From the human T2T-CHM13v2.0 reference genome, Homo sapiens, in the NCBI RefSeq assembly GCF_009914755.1, contig NC_060940.1: a DNA stretch of 64,000 bases; one strand, given 5' to 3'. Under the pieces are notes generated by a model, which saw nothing but the letters and a program-made list of their open reading frames with translations, was not told the origin of the DNA and ran no database searches. The translations under genes and the position numbers were made by a program. Below are positions 53,490 through 64,000 of the stretch, piece after piece; within the stretch, counting starts at the first letter, position 1; every line of letters begins with the position of its first letter.

Positions 53490-53979
53490 TTTTTAACAGC
53501 TTAATTGAGGTGTCATTCATATACCATGCAGTTCACTCATTTAAAGTGCATAACTTAATGGCTTTTAGAATATTCAGAGTTGAGCATCTATCACCACAAT
53601 CAATTTAAGAACATTTCATTACTCCAAAAAGAAATCCTACTTCCCTTAGCTGTCACCCTCCCATTCTTTCTCCCTCACTTTACTGTCAGCCCTAAGCAGC
53701 CACCAATCTACTTTTTGTTTCTATAGATTTATCTATTACGGACATCTCATATAAATGGAATCATGCAGCATATAATCTTTGAAACTGGCTTCTTTCACTT
53801 AACCATGTGTTCAAGGTTCATTCATGTCATACCATGTATTAGTACTTTGCTCCTCTTTATTGCCAAGTATCTTCCATTGCATGGATATACCACATTTTGT
53901 TCTACTCATCAGCTGATGGACAATTGGGTTGTTTCAACTTTTTGGCTATCATGAAATTGCTGCTCTGAACATTCGTGTA
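53490..53979 (-). mobile_element. L1MB 3' end
   Basis: TSD-like tcccacagca on both sides. Confidence 0.85.
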
Positions 53980-54242
53980 TCCCACAGCACTTTGTAGAGA
54001 CCTAAAGGAGAGCTCCTCCTACACTGTGTTATATCACTTGCTGACATGTCCGCTCTTTGTCCTGTTCCCCACTCACTCAACAGACAGTAAGGTTGCTTTG
54101 GGCAGTGTGCATGCAGGGACCCCTTCTGGTATGCACAAGACCTAGTACAGTGCCTGCCACATAACAGACATTCCATATTGTCTATGAAATAGTGAATCCA
54201 GTCATTCCACCATCTTTGACAGCATCAAAAATATCCATGGCC

Positions 54243-54598
<356 letters not shown>

Positions 54599-55669
54599 CT
54601 AGCTTGACATTTCCTTCAGCCGTCTATAAGTCACAACCTCAGTAATCTCACAATCATATTTTAAAAGCCATTGGCCTCACAGTTTCTCATTACCCAAAAT
54701 GCAACTCTACTTACAAAGGCCTTTAATCTTTCCTAGTGTGTTTGGAAGTTTGGGATATTTTGTTAAACATTTGCTATGCAACATTAGCAGCAAGACACTA
54801 TAGACAAAGCCACTATGAACTTCAGATATAGAAGGGGGTATCTGTCAGCCTCTGTATCCCTTAGAATTAGAAACAATACTAATTACTCTCCAACACTCGA
54901 TCTTGATATATCATTGTATATTCAAGAAGTGGAAAATAAAAATTAATGTAGAGTCTAATGGGCCACATGGATCAAGACCAAAAAAAAGTACAAAAAGACC
55001 AAAAAGTATATCCTCCTAAGATGGGAAGATATTGTGTCTGATTAAATATTACATATGGAAAATGGACTTTGTATGAGGTTCTGTATATGATGATGCACAT
55101 ATGGGATTATTTAGAATGTAAAATTGCTGTGATTGAAACAGAATTCCTGAATCCAAATTAGACAAATGTCAGTTAAAAAAAAAAAAAAAAAAAAAAAAGA
55201 TGTCTCGGAAAAAGATTTAAGCCTGTGGATCAGATAAAGAATGTAATTGTAAATGAAAAAGAGAGATGGATAGAAACTGGGGTGGCATTTGGGAAGAGTT
55301 GTCGCAGCTGGCAAATAATAAACTCATTTTTGGAAGGATAAGGAAGATATATTGAATCTGTACACTTGAGAGCACCTCAATGTGCTATCATCCTGCCATC
55401 TTTTTCTGTCTTTATGCTTATGAATCTGCAAGTATGAACCATCCATGTTGACTCGCCTCTCTTGCTTAGAATCTTAGAAGATTTTCTTGTAAAATAATTT
55501 TACAATAAAGGATCACTTAGCCAGAATGTCTATGATCTGATCTCTTTCAGAATAATATATTTCCAGTTTTATACACGTTAACCTCAAACAAGCAGAATGG
55601 TTAAAAAAAAAAAAAGCATCATAGAACATTATGGGGGACCTACAAAATACAAAAAAAAAATTAGCGTTT

Positions 55670-55969
<300 letters not shown>

Positions 55970-57269
55970 TAGTAAAGGCATACATATCCTACAAGAGTTT
56001 TATCTAACATAAATGTATCATGCAAACTAACTGAAGAATGTATCAAATATAAGTCATCAATTGCACCCATAAAAAATCTGGACTAACTTAAAAATGGGAA
56101 AAATATATCTAAATATTTAGCAACAGAAACACAGCAAATATATTTTACTTATCAAGTCTCATAAACACAAAGAGAATTTGCTTGCACTTGTTTCCTTTAA
56201 AGATAATACACACATAAAAATGATAAATTACTTTTTTAAATGAAGTTTTTATTTTCCAGGAAATCTTTGTTGATCTAAAGAGACAGGATTTGATGTAAAG
56301 GCAGCACAGAAACTGAAGAATGAAATGGTGCCACAGCGTTGATGAAATTTTTTTTGTTTTTTGGTCTGCTTTTTTCAGGTTTCTTTTCCAGCTTCTACAT
56401 CTGAGCCATCTCCTGTTCAGTAATCAGTAACAAATGACATTTGTTCCATAAAACGTATGAGCTTTCCACGGTATAAAATAGCATCAGGTAAAGGCATCCT
56501 TCATCCATCTATTACAACTCTCACCATCACTGATATGGCCCAGTGGAGCTCACCATCACCATGGACCATTCATTTCAGGAAATTATTCTTCAATTATTAT
56601 AATAAATGATTTTTAAATCTAAACAATGGTTTTTAAAAAGGACATAATATGTATATAACAATTCCATCATATACTTTTATATTTAGACTCCCAGATAAAT
56701 GATCTTCTACTAAACTTCATGAAATAGGAGTTCAGAAAAGATCTACCTCTTATGTTCAGCAGGATATGAGAGATACAATTTTTATGAAATAAGAACAATC
56801 TGACAAACTGTCAAGCCATTAAAAAACTAAAATTTAAAAAAGGTCATATAGGAAAAGGTAAAAGAAAGACTTCAAGTTGCCAAAACCTGATAAAATGATG
56901 CAGAGAATTAATTTAAGAAATAGTAACAGAATTCTTACAAATCAATTTTAAAACAATATTGAATAAAAGTAAAACAGAAATATATTACAGAAGTTGGCAG
57001 ATAAATTGGATAGATCATAAACATTCAACAAATGAATGTTTCTGCAGAAAAAAAGAGCAAATAGCTCAAACCAGTAATTAAAAGTGTAATAAGGGAAAAC
57101 ATACAAATTAAGTATTTTTAATTTTTATAATTATGAGATAACCAACCATATTTCAGACAAAATTGACAAGTGGACATCCATGCCAAAGTGTATAATGCTC
57201 AATTTTTCTAAGAAAAATAAAGAATGTAAAAGTATCCTTTAGAGTAGACAACCCAGAAGTCAGGGGAAA

Positions 57270-58870
<1,601 letters not shown>

Positions 58871-58895
58871 TAACCTCGTTAACATTCATCATACT

Positions 58896-59190
58896 CTTTT
58901 TTTTTTTTTTTTAAGAGATAGGGTCTCACTCTGTCACCTAGGCCAGAGTCCAGTGGTGCAATCATAGCTCCCCGTAACTGCCAACTGCTGGGCTCAAGCG
59001 ATCCTCCCATCCCAGTCTCCCGAATAGCTGGGACCACAGGCACACACGCTGCACCCAGCAAATTAATGTTTTTAGAGATAGGGTGTCACTATGTTGCTCA
59101 GGCTGTTCTTGAACTCCTAGCCTCAAGCAATCCTACTGCCTCAGCCTCGCAAAGCACTGGGATTAGAGGTGAGAGCCACTGCACCTAGCC
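58896..59190 (-). mobile_element. AluJ
   Basis: TSD catactctt. Confidence 0.92.
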
Positions 59191-59277
59191 CATACTCTTA
59201 ATTAATATTTCATTAATCAGTCATCCACTCACTAAAGTCACTGACTCAGAGCATTAGAAAGGCTTAAACTATTACCA

Positions 59278-59548
<271 letters not shown>

Positions 59549-60113
59549 TCTATATTTTAAAGATCATTTTGCACTGCCTGGAGACTGTGGATGGGACTAT
59601 ACACTTAGAAGCCGAGTTGTACTAGGGACCGTTTTGGGACTCAAATCCCAAGGTGCCCCCCAGCTTCAGAAGTGATATGTCTCATCTGTGAATACTCAGG
59701 TGAGCAGACACAGGAGGCTAAGGGCAGTTCTCAAAAATTACCCCTTCAGTACAATTACTCAATCACTCAAGATAAGGACATGAAAGAAAGGGAGACTTAC
59801 GCGAAAAAAGTTGTGGCCAAGAAAATTCTGGCCTTGAGTATTCTTATGGGAAAACAATGTAATCTTTTCCATAATACAGGCTTATTCCATTAAAATATGA
59901 GGAAATTTTGAGGAATATACCTCATGTAGGGATGTGTTAGTCTACTAAATTGTCAAAAATTGGGCAAACTAGAGAACTAAAGAAGATAACTAATGTTTTA
60001 ATGGCTAAGAATACAGTACCAAAAATTAAAATCATAGTAAAAGCAAAGTTAAAAAGTGCTTATGATGCAGCAGAGAATGAAATGAGTAGAGTAGAGAACA
60101 AAGATAAGAGAAT

Positions 60114-60455
<342 letters not shown>

Positions 60456-60505
60456 TTACAAAAGAAAATTTTATAGACTTAATAAACCATTTAATATTGT
60501 AGGTT

Positions 60506-60810
60506 GGCCAGGCATAGTGGCTCCCACCTGAAATCCCAGTGCATTGGGAGGTGAAGGCAGGAAGACTGCTTGGGGCCAGGAGTTCAAGACCAGCCTGGGC
60601 AACATAGTGAGACTCTGTCTTCACAAAAAAAAAGAAAAAAAAATTTAATTAGCCAGAGATAGTGGCACATGCCTGTAGTTGTAGCTACTCAGGACGCTGA
60701 GGTGGGAGGATCACTTGAGTCGGGGAGTTCAAGGTTGCAATGAGGTATGGCTTGTGCCACTGCACTCCAGCCTGGGCAACGGAGGAAGACCCTGTCCCTA
60801 AAAATTAAGT
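60506..60810 (+). mobile_element. AluJ
   Basis: Divergent dimer. Confidence 0.92.
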
Positions 60811-61160
60811 AAGATAAAATAAATTTTTAGATTGGAAGCGTTGACCATATCATTAGACAATTTATTGAGTAGAACACATCAGGACATTCAATTGAAGAAT
60901 GGGGGGAAATTCTACAAGAATACTAGCAGAACAAAAGTATTACCTTCAAAGCAATTAAAATCATGTTTGTCTCATGTTCAATAATAAATTCTAAAAGTCG
61001 GTAGAGAAATTTTTTTAAATGTACAAAATGGGAATACTATACCATACCAAACTTACTTATGTTTAAAAGCAACAGAAATATATTCTCATTTTCAAAGATC
61101 TGAGAAAAATTTCAATCTAATTATACTATTTTAAGAACAGTGCTTTAAAAAAGACCCTCC

Positions 61161-61757
<597 letters not shown>

Positions 61758-62089
61758 CTTCTCCTGAAAATTCTATACATACATATATGTATACTTTTAT
61801 AGTATTATATATGTATACACTAAAAGAATAAATAACAAAAAAAGACTGATATTGACTATGACTATATTGTTTAGCTGTAACTTCCGCTAAAGATATACAA
61901 AGGGGTTAACCACTAATGGGAAAAGTGTTATATTTATTGTCTATTTTATGTATTTAAATAATCAACACCTAAAAAAATAATGAAAGCTCCTAAAAATCCG
62001 GGAATAAAGGAAGGATTTTGCTTTGTTTGTTTTAAATTCAAAGTTAGTGTTTTTACACTCTCTTGTAATGAAAGATTAAACAGTATTAC

Positions 62090-64000
<1,911 letters not shown>

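Noticed and set aside
55487-55505. Palindrome ttgtaaaat-a-attttacaa
   Set aside because: Short and AT-rich; plausible by chance

Overview
Primate (very likely human) genomic DNA. The minus strand carries the first coding exon of CDYL2 (ATG GCT TCT GGG GAC CTT TAC GAG|GTACGG = MASGDLYE, 4008-4031) inside a CpG-island promoter (~3280-4830); 1-4007 is its first intron. The other ~59 kb is upstream DNA made mostly of interspersed repeats: more than 20 Alus, old L1M and L2 fragments, MaLR LTRs, MIR, hAT/Tigger/mariner MITEs and microsatellites. From memory of the locus (not verified here), the AR-regulated lncRNA ARLNC1 lies upstream of CDYL2 on the same strand. The sequence supports a minus-strand terminal exon at ~28.6-31.04 kb plus candidate internal exons. 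I see no prokaryote-type system (CRISPR, operon) and no new protein-coding gene. The best leads are: (1) a ~260-bp dispersed duplication in the putative lncRNA terminal exon, where only one copy has a perfect 25-bp palindrome containing an ARE-type core (TGAACActgTGTTCA); (2) an ATG-less alternative CDYL2 first-exon candidate that would omit the chromodomain cage tyrosine; (3) a recursive-splice-type AG|GT exon; (4) several templated or non-classical insertions. Repeat subfamily names and boundaries were assigned by eye and are approximate.
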